Assembly (NCBI GenBank): GCA_038230375.1
Contig: JBBRNJ010000023.1
Location: 32,001 to 96,000 of the forward strand
Direction: 5' to 3'
From: Polyangiales bacterium
GTDB taxonomy: Bacteria; Myxococcota_A; Polyangia; Polyangiales; Polyangiaceae
Length of the DNA: 64,000 bases
In this document: piece after piece, positions 24,972 to 33,616 of the stretch
Layout of the letters: each line of letters opens with the position of its first letter
Position numbering within the stretch: position 1 is the stretch's first letter
Program-made: the position numbers and the translations under genes
Notes under the pieces: generated by a model
Database searches by the model: none
Seen by the model: the letters and a program-made list of their open reading frames with translations, nothing else
What the model was told of the DNA's origin: nothing

Positions 24972-26495
24972 ATGGAAGGAACGCTGATCGACGGCAAGTA
25001 CCAGGTGATCCGCCAGCTCGGGCAAGGCGGGATGGGCGCCGTGTACGAGGCGCGTCATCGTTCGACGGGACGCCGTGTCGCCGTGAAGGTCATCGTCCCG
25101 ACCGCGCTCGCCGCCGGGCCTGACATCATCGCGCGATTCCAGCGCGAGGCGCGTGCGAGCGGCTCGATCGACTCGCCGTTCGTCGTTCAGGTTTACGACG
25201 CGGGCGTCGATGCGGAGACGGGCGCGCCGTACATGGCGATGGAGTGTCTTGCTGGCGACGACGTGCAGGAGCTCCTTTTGCGCCTGGGTCCGCTCCCGCC
25301 CGCCGTCGTGCTCAGCATCGTCGCGCAGGCGTGTCACGGCCTCCACAAAGCCCACGAAGGCGGCATCGTCCATCGCGACATCAAGTCGGCCAACCTGTTC
25401 CTCGCCCGACGCGAAGGCGAAGGCGATGAGCTCGTCACGAAGATCCTCGATTTCGGAATCGCGAAGGTGCGTGCCAGTGCGCTGTCCTCCGGTGACGCGG
25501 ACGATCACAAGCTGACGAAGACGGGCTCGATGCTCGGCTCGCCCGTGTACATGTCGCCAGAGCAGGCGGTTGGTGCGAAGGATCTCGACGCGCGCTCGGA
25601 TATCTTCTCGATGGGCGTGATGATGTACGAAGCGCTGTCGGGCGCGACCCCGAATGGTCACCTCACGAGCCTGGGCGCGCTCGTGATGGCGATCTGCGCG
25701 CAGAAGGCGACGCCGATCCAGGATCGCGCGCCCTGGATCTCGCCCGAGATCGCCTCGATCGTGCACAAGGCGCTGGAGACGAAGCCGGAGGATCGCTACC
25801 AGACAGCGGCGGACCTCCGCGCGGCGGTGCTGGCGCTCTTGCCAGACGGCGCGGCGAAGGTCACTGCTGACATGGTGATCGCGCTGCCGCCGGAGCTTCG
25901 GGAGAGCCGCGCGTCGCGACTGGAAGCATCGAGCGCTGCCCTCGCGTTCGACGACACGGTCCTCCCGGCGAACGACGCAAGCAGCATGCCCCCGGCGATG
26001 CCGGCCGCAGTTCCGAGTGGCAAGACGAATCCGGGGACGAGCACAACCGCTGGCTTCGGTGAGTCGAGTGACATTCCGCCGCCAGCACGTGCGCGACGCG
26101 GCCCATGGATCGCGGCGGGCGTGGTCGCAGTCGTGGCGGTCGCCGGCGGCGGGGTTGCGTTGAACCTTCGAGGTACGCCCGCGCCAAACACGACGATGGG
26201 CGCAGGGCTCGTCGAGAGCGCGACGACCGACCCACCCTCGGCCTCGACTTCACCCTCGGCCTCGACTTCACCCTCGACTTCACCCTCGACTTCACCCTCG
26301 ACGTCGCCCTTGGCCTCGACTTCACCCTCGACGATGCCCAGCTCGGCCCGCATCGGCGCCTCGCTGGCGACCTCGAAGGCCAAGCCGGTCGTTACCTCGA
26401 AGAGCACGAGCGCGCCGTCGGCTGCTGCCTCGGCTCCTCCGCGACCGGCCCCGAGCGGCGGCGCGGATCGCAGCCTCGATGAATTCGGGAAGTGA
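24972..26495 (+). CDS. Membrane-anchored Hanks-type Ser/Thr protein kinase
   Basis: GQGGMG, VAVK, HRDIKSAN, DFG, YMSPEQ; TM helix followed by an S/T/P-rich tail. Confidence 0.97.
   Translation: MEGTLIDGKYQVIRQLGQGGMGAVYEARHRSTGRRVAVKVIVPTALAAGPDIIARFQREARASGSIDSPFVVQVYDAGVDAETGAPYMAMECLAGDDVQELLLRLGPLPPAVVLSIVAQACHGLHKAHEGGIVHRDIKSANLFLARREGEGDELVTKILDFGIAKVRASALSSGDADDHKLTKTGSMLGSPVYMSPEQAVGAKDLDARSDIFSMGVMMYEALSGATPNGHLTSLGALVMAICAQKATPIQDRAPWISPEIASIVHKALETKPEDRYQTAADLRAAVLALLPDGAAKVTADMVIALPPELRESRASRLEASSAALAFDDTVLPANDASSMPPAMPAAVPSGKTNPGTSTTAGFGESSDIPPPARARRGPWIAAGVVAVVAVAGGGVALNLRGTPAPNTTMGAGLVESATTDPPSASTSPSASTSPSTSPSTSPSTSPLASTSPSTMPSSARIGASLATSKAKPVVTSKSTSAPSAAASAPPRPAPSGGADRSLDEFGK
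26232..26333. repeat. Tandem TTCACCCTCGAC-type repeats encoding (STSP)n
   Basis: 12/18-bp units in the kinase tail. Confidence 0.85.
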
Positions 26496-28304
26496 TCAGT
26501 ACCAGGCCGCGCCGCCGCCGATGCTCACCACGGTGAACGAGTCCTTGATCGGCGGTAGCACGTAGACGAACACCTTGCCGAAGGCCTGCTTTCCCGTCGA
26601 GAGCATGCCCTTCACGATGTCGACGGACGCTTCGAATCCCCATGGAACGAAGTACGCAGATTTGTCGAACTGGTATGGCATCAGCACATTGAGCGAAGGC
26701 GTGTAAGCGATCCCGAGCACCGCGCCCGTCCAGTCTGGACCCTTGTACGATCCGATTCCGATCTGATAGCCGAGCGTCACGGGGACGTTCACCATCCAGC
26801 TGGTTCGAAATTCACCGGCTCTGTAACGCGTGACGACGGCATGGTCCCCTGCGGGCGGCAGCGTCGTGCCTCGTGGGTAGATCGCTGCTGGCGATCCGGT
26901 CTGGGATGTGGACTGCACCGTGAACCATTCACCGAAGTTGAGGTCCGCGCCGCTCCCGATTCGAAAGGCATGCCACGTGCCCTTGCCCGTCGAAGGATCG
27001 GGGAGCGACATGTACTCGTACGCGATCCGCCCGCCCACTCCACCCGCGCCGCCGCCAGAGAGATCGCCGGTGGATGGCGCCGTCGCGTCGCGGACGTAAG
27101 GTCCAGTCCTCGCATCCGATCCCGTCACGACGTAGCCGGCGCGCAACGGGTGAGTCGGGCCGAGGAGGATGAGGCCTTGGCCGCGCGCTTCCCAAGTGAG
27201 CCTGCTGCCGCCGCGCCGCAGCCACTCCTGGCGAATCGCCTCTGCTTCCTTGAACGTCAGCGATGCGCGTGGATCGCGCTCGAGCTCCACGTTCATCGTC
27301 TCGTGCGCGCCGTGCGGGATGACGACCTCTCTCTTCGTGCCAAGGAAGCCTTCCGCGCCGACCTCGAGCATGTGGCCGCCCGAGCGCAACCGCCCGACCC
27401 ACAATCCGCGGCCCACGACCACGCCGTCGATCGCGACGCTCGCGCCGATCGGCTTCGGCTCCACGCGCAGCGTTGCGTCCAGGTTCTCCACCGCGAGGCT
27501 CAGCGCCGTCACCTCGTCCAACCGCACGGGCGCAGCCGCTGGCTGTGTGCCCAGCTCACCCTCTCCGACGAGCGCGACGGAGTGATGTCCGACGGGCAGC
27601 GTTCCTTCCCAGGGCGTCTTTCCGATCGAGACGTTGTCGACGATCACGTCGACGACCTTTCCCGTCTGCTCGACGATCTTCAGGCGACCGCCTTGCATGA
27701 GCGGCGTCAGCTTCACGGCGACGCTCGTGGTCTGTCCGCTTGCGACTGTGACGTTCGCATCGAACGGCGCGAAGCCGTCCTTCAAGACGCGGACAAGGTG
27801 CGTCCCGATGGAGACTCGCACCGCCGGGATCGGCGCGGCGCCGCGCGCAGCGTTATCTATGGCGACAGTCGCGCCGGGCTCGGCCCCGGTGAGCTCGATG
27901 CGTCCGACGAGCGCCGTGAGCGTCCGGATCTCGCGTTCGGCGACCTCGCGATCGTCCGCAGACTGGGTCGGAAAATCCCTGAGCAGCGCTTCGAACATGT
28001 CGAGCGCCTCCGCGAAGCGATGCAGCTTGCGCAGGCAAAACCCCGCGTCTTTCGTCGCCGCACGCGTCGGAAAGATCGCGCGCGACCGCGCAAACTCGAC
28101 GAGCGCGGCGTCCCATGCCTCTTCGTCGAAGAGCGACAAAGCCTTTTCGAAATGCGCGCGCGCGTCTGCGCGAACCTCGGAGGTCGCGTCGGCCGTTGTG
28201 GTGGGCGCCGGTGCGGGGTCTGGCGTCTGGGCCGCCGCGTTGCCGCAGAAGAGAACCGCGCAGATCAGGAATGCCGTCAGGTGAACGCCGAACAAGCGAT
28301 GCAT
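26496..28304 (-). CDS. TPR + PEGA-domain protein with C-terminal beta-strand region
   Basis: Signal peptide from MHRLFG; ARAHFEKA TPR-like helix; three PEGA-like repeats (GATVAIDN, IGKTPW, GASVAIDG); terminal WY. Confidence 0.85.
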   Translation of the reverse strand: MHRLFGVHLTAFLICAVLFCGNAAAQTPDPAPAPTTTADATSEVRADARAHFEKALSLFDEEAWDAALVEFARSRAIFPTRAATKDAGFCLRKLHRFAEALDMFEALLRDFPTQSADDREVAEREIRTLTALVGRIELTGAEPGATVAIDNAARGAAPIPAVRVSIGTHLVRVLKDGFAPFDANVTVASGQTTSVAVKLTPLMQGGRLKIVEQTGKVVDVIVDNVSIGKTPWEGTLPVGHHSVALVGEGELGTQPAAAPVRLDEVTALSLAVENLDATLRVEPKPIGASVAIDGVVVGRGLWVGRLRSGGHMLEVGAEGFLGTKREVVIPHGAHETMNVELERDPRASLTFKEAEAIRQEWLRRGGSRLTWEARGQGLILLGPTHPLRAGYVVTGSDARTGPYVRDATAPSTGDLSGGGAGGVGGRIAYEYMSLPDPSTGKGTWHAFRIGSGADLNFGEWFTVQSTSQTGSPAAIYPRGTTLPPAGDHAVVTRYRAGEFRTSWMVNVPVTLGYQIGIGSYKGPDWTGAVLGIAYTPSLNVLMPYQFDKSAYFVPWGFEASVDIVKGMLSTGKQAFGKVFVYVLPPIKDSFTVVSIGGGAAWY

Positions 28305-28313
28305 TCCGCGGCG

Positions 28314-28328
28314 AGCATAGACTATGCT
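28314..28328. promoter_or_regulatory. Back-to-back -10 elements (candidate bidirectional promoter)
   Basis: Perfect palindrome AGCATAG-A-CTATGCT gives TATGCT on both strands between divergent genes. Confidence 0.55.
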
Positions 28329-28352
28329 GATCGGCGTGCGGCGGAAGATCGC

Positions 28353-29531
28353 GTGCGACATAGACTGATCCCATCGGCCTGGCCGGCCACGGCGCTGCTG
28401 CTCGCGGTCGCCGTGTTCGCCGCGTGCGGGGGCACGGCCTTGACGCCCCCGCCGGTGGTCGCCCTCAAGGTCAGCGGCTGTGCGTTCTCCGGTTCGCTCC
28501 AGTCGACCACCATGGCCGGGGCGCCGATCGCGCTGTCGGCCGGGCAGTGCGGCGGCGGCATCTTCGACGGGGGCGGGCAAGGCGCTGGCATCGACCTCGA
28601 TCTGGTCCTGGTGAACGACTACAGAAACGGCGAGGGCGTGAGCCTCACGTTCAATCGCGCGTCGGCAAACACCACGCTTCAGATCGTCGACGCACCCGCT
28701 GACATCGCGTCGGACAATTTCCTGGCTTCTAGCGTTCCCCCCGGCGTCATCTGGGTCAGGCATCGTAGCGAATCGAGCACAAGCCTTGACCAAACGTACA
28801 CGGGCGCGAGCGGGTCGGTGGTCCTCGGCGCGATCGGCCTCTCGACGCCGAGCTGTTCGAAGGAAGCATGCTCGGAGGGTACGGCCAGCTTCGACATCGC
28901 GTTCCAGGATGTGACCTGGCCGGGCAAGAGCGCGCCGCGGACCTTGAACGGACACGTCGTCGTCACGGTCTCCGCCGGTGACCCGAGCTGCAAAGGGAGC
29001 AGCGATTGCCAGGACGGGCTCGCTTGCAACAGGGTCACCTTCCTGGCCCAGAACGGAAGCTACGGGTGCGGTCCGACGAACGCCGGCGGCGCGGACCTTG
29101 GTGCGGCGTGCACGACCGCGACCGATTGCCAGTCCAACGTTTGCGACTCCGAGGCCGGCCAGTGCACGGTCTTCTGCAGCGCGACCGCCGACTGCACGAA
29201 CGGGACCGCGTGCATGGAGAGCAACAAGGGGCCGGCGCTTGCGGCCTGCGTTCGGGCGTGCACAAGCGACGCGGATTGCGCGGGCCTGCCGAAGGCTGCG
29301 ATCTGCGTCGCTCACGACGCTGCGGGCAGCACTACGCTTGTTGGTGGCTGCGGCGGCGCGATAGGGACCAAGACGTTCGGCCAGAGCTCCGGCATGGATG
29401 GTGGAGACGTCTGCGACAGTGGGCTCTCGGCAAACAAAACCTGCACGCGCATCTGTCGCGTCGACGCGGATTGCGCGCCGCCGCTCCCGGTTTGCTCGAA
29501 GACCAGCGGCCTGCGGAGCTGCGGGCTCTGA
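28353..29531 (+). CDS. Cys-rich lipoprotein
   Basis: Lipobox FAAC; C-terminal repeated C..D.DC modules; start uncertain. Confidence 0.7.
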   Translation: MRHRLIPSAWPATALLLAVAVFAACGGTALTPPPVVALKVSGCAFSGSLQSTTMAGAPIALSAGQCGGGIFDGGGQGAGIDLDLVLVNDYRNGEGVSLTFNRASANTTLQIVDAPADIASDNFLASSVPPGVIWVRHRSESSTSLDQTYTGASGSVVLGAIGLSTPSCSKEACSEGTASFDIAFQDVTWPGKSAPRTLNGHVVVTVSAGDPSCKGSSDCQDGLACNRVTFLAQNGSYGCGPTNAGGADLGAACTTATDCQSNVCDSEAGQCTVFCSATADCTNGTACMESNKGPALAACVRACTSDADCAGLPKAAICVAHDAAGSTTLVGGCGGAIGTKTFGQSSGMDGGDVCDSGLSANKTCTRICRVDADCAPPLPVCSKTSGLRSCGL

Positions 29532-29680
29532 AGCGCAGCTCCACGACAGAGCCCTGAGGGAGTAGCGCGCGTCGTCGCTGACGCACGGCCGCTCGCGCTC
29601 GCGCTCTTGACGCGCGCGTCGCTCATGACGCTGACACGCGGCGTCGCCCTTGATTTTCAGGTCTTTCACGTGGGGGCGTG

Positions 29681-29695
29681 TGGCATGGCGCTCGC
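29681..29695 (+). promoter_or_regulatory. Putative sigma54 promoter
   Basis: TGGCAT-GGCGC-TCGC, 13 nt before ATG 29709. Confidence 0.45.
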
Positions 29696-29708
29696 TTCTG
29701 GCGCGGCC

Positions 29709-31940
29709 ATGAGACAGCTCCTCTGCGCTTCGTTCGCCGTCATCGCGGCATCCTCTCTCCTCGCGTGCACGAACGAGGATCCTCCGCCGTCGGAGGTGGC
29801 CGGCGCAGGACAGCAGGATTCCGGGACCGAAGGCGGCAAGGGCAACGGCGGCGGCGCGAACGACGTCGATGCGGGCACGCTCCCCGATGGCGGTCCGCTG
29901 CCGACGAGCGCGAAGCCCGCGAATGTCGGGAACGTCGCGGTGGTGACCTACGACGGCCATGCGGACGATCTGCTCACGGCAGGTCTCGGCAAGAGCGGGC
30001 TCGCCTCTTCCACCGCGCCCGGCTACGCGCACGCGGATACGCCGACGGCCGCGGAGCTACGCAAGAACGCGATCTGGGCGAACTACCGCGCGCTCGTCGA
30101 CTCCACTGCAGGCGGCGGCTTCGGCACGCTCTATGGGCCCAACGTCGCGATCGACGGCAGCGTCACGCAAGGCGAGGGGAAGGTCGCGGGCAAGGAGTAC
30201 ATCGCGCTCATCGACGACGGCAGCGGCAAGAAGAACGTCACGTTGATGGCTCAGATTCCCGCCACGTTCGATCGCAAGAAGCCGTGCGTGATCACCGGCG
30301 CGTCGTCCGGCTCGCGGGGCATCTACGGCGCCATCGCGACGTCGGGCGAGTGGGGATTGAAGCATGGCTGCGCGGTCGCCTACACCGACAAGGGCACGGG
30401 CAATGGCCTTCACGATCTGGAGCACGACACGGTGGGCCTGATCGACGGCACGCGCGAGTCGACATCCGCTGCTGCGGGCAAGGCCACGTTCGCGGCGGAC
30501 GCTCCCGCGGGCGGCATGAGCACCTTCCTCACGAAGAGCCCGCATCGCGTCGCCTACAAGCACGCGCACTCCGGACAGAACCCGGAGAAGGACTGGGGCA
30601 AGGACACGCTGGACGCGATCTCGTTCACGCTGTGGGCGCTCAACGACGCGCTCGCGCCCAGCGATGGTAAGGGAGGTCACGTGGCGGAGTTCCGCGCGGA
30701 CAACGCGCTCGTTGTCGCATCGTCGGTGTCCAACGGTGGCGGCGCGGCGCTCGCAGCGGCCGAGCAGGACTCCGCTGGGCTCATCGATGCGGTCGTCGTG
30801 GGCGAGCCGCAGGTGCAGGTCGCGCCCGAGGGGCTGTCCGTGGTGTTCGGTGGCCAGACGGAGACCGCGGTCGGGAAGCCGCTCTACGACTACCTCTCGT
30901 ATGCGAACCTCTTCCAGCTCTGCGCATCTCTCGCCCCGAACGCATCGCCGTCGGGCACGCTGGCTGCGGCGGACAACACGCTCGCGACCGCGCGCTGTGC
31001 CTCGCTCCACACGAAGGGACTGCTCACGAGCCTGCTCACCGCAGATCAAGCGAAGGAGGCGCTGCAGAAGCTCGTGGACTACGGCTTCCCGGACGAGAAC
31101 CCCGAGCTCATGGCCTCGCACGTGGACGTGACCATGCCCGTGGTCGTCGCGTATGCCAACGCGTACGGGCGCTTCTCTGCGTTCGATGCGGTGTGCGGTC
31201 TCAGCTACGGCGCGGTGGACTCCACCGGTGTGCCCGTAGCGCTCCCGCCGGCCAGTGCGCTCACCAGCTTCGCGGTGGGCAACGGCGTGCCGACCACCAG
31301 CGGCATCTCCATCGTCTACGATCTCGCGTATGGCGGCGCGAAGACGCTGAAGAGCGCCACGTCGCCCACGACGTTCATGCAAGACCGCGCGCTGGACGCG
31401 GATCTCTGTCTGCGCTCCCTCTACACTGGCACGGACCCGGTCACGACGTTCGCGCTGATGGGCGACACCCTCGCGAAGTCGAACAAGGTGCGTACGGGCA
31501 TCGCGGAGGTGCAGCGCACGGGTGCGTTGTCCGGGAAGCCCACGATCATCGTGCAGGGACGCTCCGATACGCTGCTACCGGTGAACCATACGGGGCGCGC
31601 CTACGTTGCAAAGAACCACGCGGTGGAGCCTGGAACCACGTTGCGCTACTACGAGGTGACGAATGCGCAGCACCTCGACGTCCTCGCGGGCGTCGCTGGT
31701 CTGGACACGCGCATCGTCCCGCTCACGCTGACGTTCAACGAGGCGCTGGATGCGATGTACGCGCACCTCGGCTCGGGCGGCGTGCTTCCGCCGAGCCAGG
31801 TCGTGCGCACGGCGCCACGCGGTGGGAGCGCCGGCTCGGCGCCAACGCTCACGCGCACGAATGTGCCGAAGCTCTCGCAGTCGCCCAGCTCCGCGGATGC
31901 GATCGTGTTCTCCGGCACGGCGCTCACGATCCCGAAGTGA
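29709..31940 (+). CDS. D-(-)-3-hydroxybutyrate oligomer hydrolase family lipoprotein
   Basis: DDLLTAGLG, SSGSRGIYGAI, EWGLKHGCAVAYTDKG, KHAHS.QNPE.DWG, SVSNGG, NAQH; lipobox LLAC. Confidence 0.9.
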   Translation: MRQLLCASFAVIAASSLLACTNEDPPPSEVAGAGQQDSGTEGGKGNGGGANDVDAGTLPDGGPLPTSAKPANVGNVAVVTYDGHADDLLTAGLGKSGLASSTAPGYAHADTPTAAELRKNAIWANYRALVDSTAGGGFGTLYGPNVAIDGSVTQGEGKVAGKEYIALIDDGSGKKNVTLMAQIPATFDRKKPCVITGASSGSRGIYGAIATSGEWGLKHGCAVAYTDKGTGNGLHDLEHDTVGLIDGTRESTSAAAGKATFAADAPAGGMSTFLTKSPHRVAYKHAHSGQNPEKDWGKDTLDAISFTLWALNDALAPSDGKGGHVAEFRADNALVVASSVSNGGGAALAAAEQDSAGLIDAVVVGEPQVQVAPEGLSVVFGGQTETAVGKPLYDYLSYANLFQLCASLAPNASPSGTLAAADNTLATARCASLHTKGLLTSLLTADQAKEALQKLVDYGFPDENPELMASHVDVTMPVVVAYANAYGRFSAFDAVCGLSYGAVDSTGVPVALPPASALTSFAVGNGVPTTSGISIVYDLAYGGAKTLKSATSPTTFMQDRALDADLCLRSLYTGTDPVTTFALMGDTLAKSNKVRTGIAEVQRTGALSGKPTIIVQGRSDTLLPVNHTGRAYVAKNHAVEPGTTLRYYEVTNAQHLDVLAGVAGLDTRIVPLTLTFNEALDAMYAHLGSGGVLPPSQVVRTAPRGGSAGSAPTLTRTNVPKLSQSPSSADAIVFSGTALTIPK

Positions 31941-31965
31941 GCGAACCAAGCTAACCTGGACGCCG

Positions 31966-33162
31966 GTGTCCACGGAGCTCGGTATCCTTCTGCTTCTCAG
32001 CGTGGCGACCGCCGTTGCCATCGCCACGACGCGCCTCAAGGTGCCGTACACCGTCGCGCTCGTCGTCGTGGGCACGGGTCTCGGCGCTGCACACCTATCG
32101 ACGCCGATTCACCTCACCAAGGACATCCTGTACGCGGTGTTCCTGCCGGGCCTCATCTTCGAGGCCGCCTACAACCTGACCATCCCCGAGCTCCGCCAGA
32201 ACCTCCGCGCGATCTTCGCGCTCGCGGTGCCCGGCGTGCTTCTGGCGATGGCCGCGACAGCGGGCATCCTGGTCCTGTCCACGGATGCCTTCGCGAACGG
32301 TCCACGCCTCAGCTGGTCGCACGCGCTCGTGTTCTCCTCGCTGATCGCGGCCACTGATCCGATCGCCGTCGTCGCGCTGTTCAAGACGCTGGGCGCGCCG
32401 CGTCGCCTGTCCGTGCTCATCGAGGGCGAGAGTCTGGTGAACGACGGGACCGCTGCAGTGCTCTACGCGATCGTCGTGGGCGCGGTGACTGGAGGCGGAC
32501 ACGTGAGCGTCGCCGCCGGCGCGCTGGAGTTCGTGATCGTCGTAGGTGGTGGAGCGCTCGTCGGGGTGGCGCTCGGCTACTTCGCGTCGGGCCTGCGGCG
32601 TCGGACCGCGGAGCCCATGATCGAGATCGCGCTCACGACGCTCGCTGCGTACGGCTCGTTCGCGCTCGCGGAGCGGTTCAATGTGAGCGGCATCATCGCC
32701 ACGCTGGTCGCGGGTCTCGTGTGCAGAGCGCAGGCACGGCCGGAGGTATGCTCCGAAGCCACGAACATGGCGGTGCACTCGTTCTGGGAGTACGCGGCGT
32801 TTGCGCTGAATTCGCTGGTGTTCCTGCTCATCGGGTTCGAGGTGAAGCTCTCTCAGCTGGGCGCCGCGTGGCGTCCGATCGTGCTCGCATTCGTCGCCGT
32901 GACCCTCGGGCGTGCGGTCGTCGTGTTCGTGGTGTCCGCGTTGCTTGCACGCACGAAGGAGCGCATCCCGTTCTCGCACGGCCTGGTGCTCACGTGGGGA
33001 GGTCTCCGCGGCGCGCTCTCCATGGTCCTCGCGCTCGCGATCCCGGAGTCATTGCCGGAGCGTCAGCTGATCGTCACGACCACGTTCGGCGTGGTGGCGA
33101 TTTCGATCGTCCTGCAGGGCCTGACAGCTGGCCCGCTGCTCCGCAGACTCCGCATTGTATGA
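31966..33162 (+). CDS. Na+/H+ antiporter, CPA1 family
   Basis: ATDPIAV, EGESLVNDG, GGLRGALS; about 12 TM helices. Confidence 0.93.
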   Translation: MSTELGILLLLSVATAVAIATTRLKVPYTVALVVVGTGLGAAHLSTPIHLTKDILYAVFLPGLIFEAAYNLTIPELRQNLRAIFALAVPGVLLAMAATAGILVLSTDAFANGPRLSWSHALVFSSLIAATDPIAVVALFKTLGAPRRLSVLIEGESLVNDGTAAVLYAIVVGAVTGGGHVSVAAGALEFVIVVGGGALVGVALGYFASGLRRRTAEPMIEIALTTLAAYGSFALAERFNVSGIIATLVAGLVCRAQARPEVCSEATNMAVHSFWEYAAFALNSLVFLLIGFEVKLSQLGAAWRPIVLAFVAVTLGRAVVVFVVSALLARTKERIPFSHGLVLTWGGLRGALSMVLALAIPESLPERQLIVTTTFGVVAISIVLQGLTAGPLLRRLRIV

Positions 33163-33228
33163 GCGGGGAACGCGGTGCTCAGCCTCCGCTCAGTTGCCGA
33201 TGCCTGGAAGTGTGCGAGAGTTCCCAGG

Positions 33229-33594
33229 ATGAGAGCTGTGTACATTCTTGCGGCTGCACTCGTGACGGCGATGCTCGCGGCAGCGTCGCCTGCAAGCGCC
33301 GAGGCGATCTGCACGCCGCGGATCGTCGAAGACGCGATCGAGAAGAAGGTGCCAGCCGTGCAGACGGACTGCCTTGCATCCGTGAAGGGTCATGTCCCCA
33401 TGCCGGAGGACGTCAACGTCACTGCGCATGTCGCATGGCAGGCAGGCGGCGCGGTCCAGTCGGTGACCACGACATCGAGCAACAACACGAGCGCGGCGAT
33501 CGCGCTCGATCAGTGCGTCACGGCGAAGGTCCGCGCATGGCAGCTCCCCTGCGGCCCAGGCAAGCGCGACGTGGCCTTCACCTTCAAGCACTAG
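33229..33594 (+). CDS. Small secreted protein, TonB-C/AgmX-PglI-like fold
   Basis: Signal peptide; C...G.V.SV...CV...V..W..P pattern. Confidence 0.55.
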   Translation: MRAVYILAAALVTAMLAAASPASAEAICTPRIVEDAIEKKVPAVQTDCLASVKGHVPMPEDVNVTAHVAWQAGGAVQSVTTTSSNNTSAAIALDQCVTAKVRAWQLPCGPGKRDVAFTFKH

Positions 33595-33616
33595 CGCGCG
33601 AGCGCTCGCAGGCACC

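Noticed and set aside
28305..30032. N-terminal extension making the PEGA ORF 1178 aa
   Set aside because: It overlaps two credible plus-strand genes; the signal peptide and -10 box support a start at 28304.
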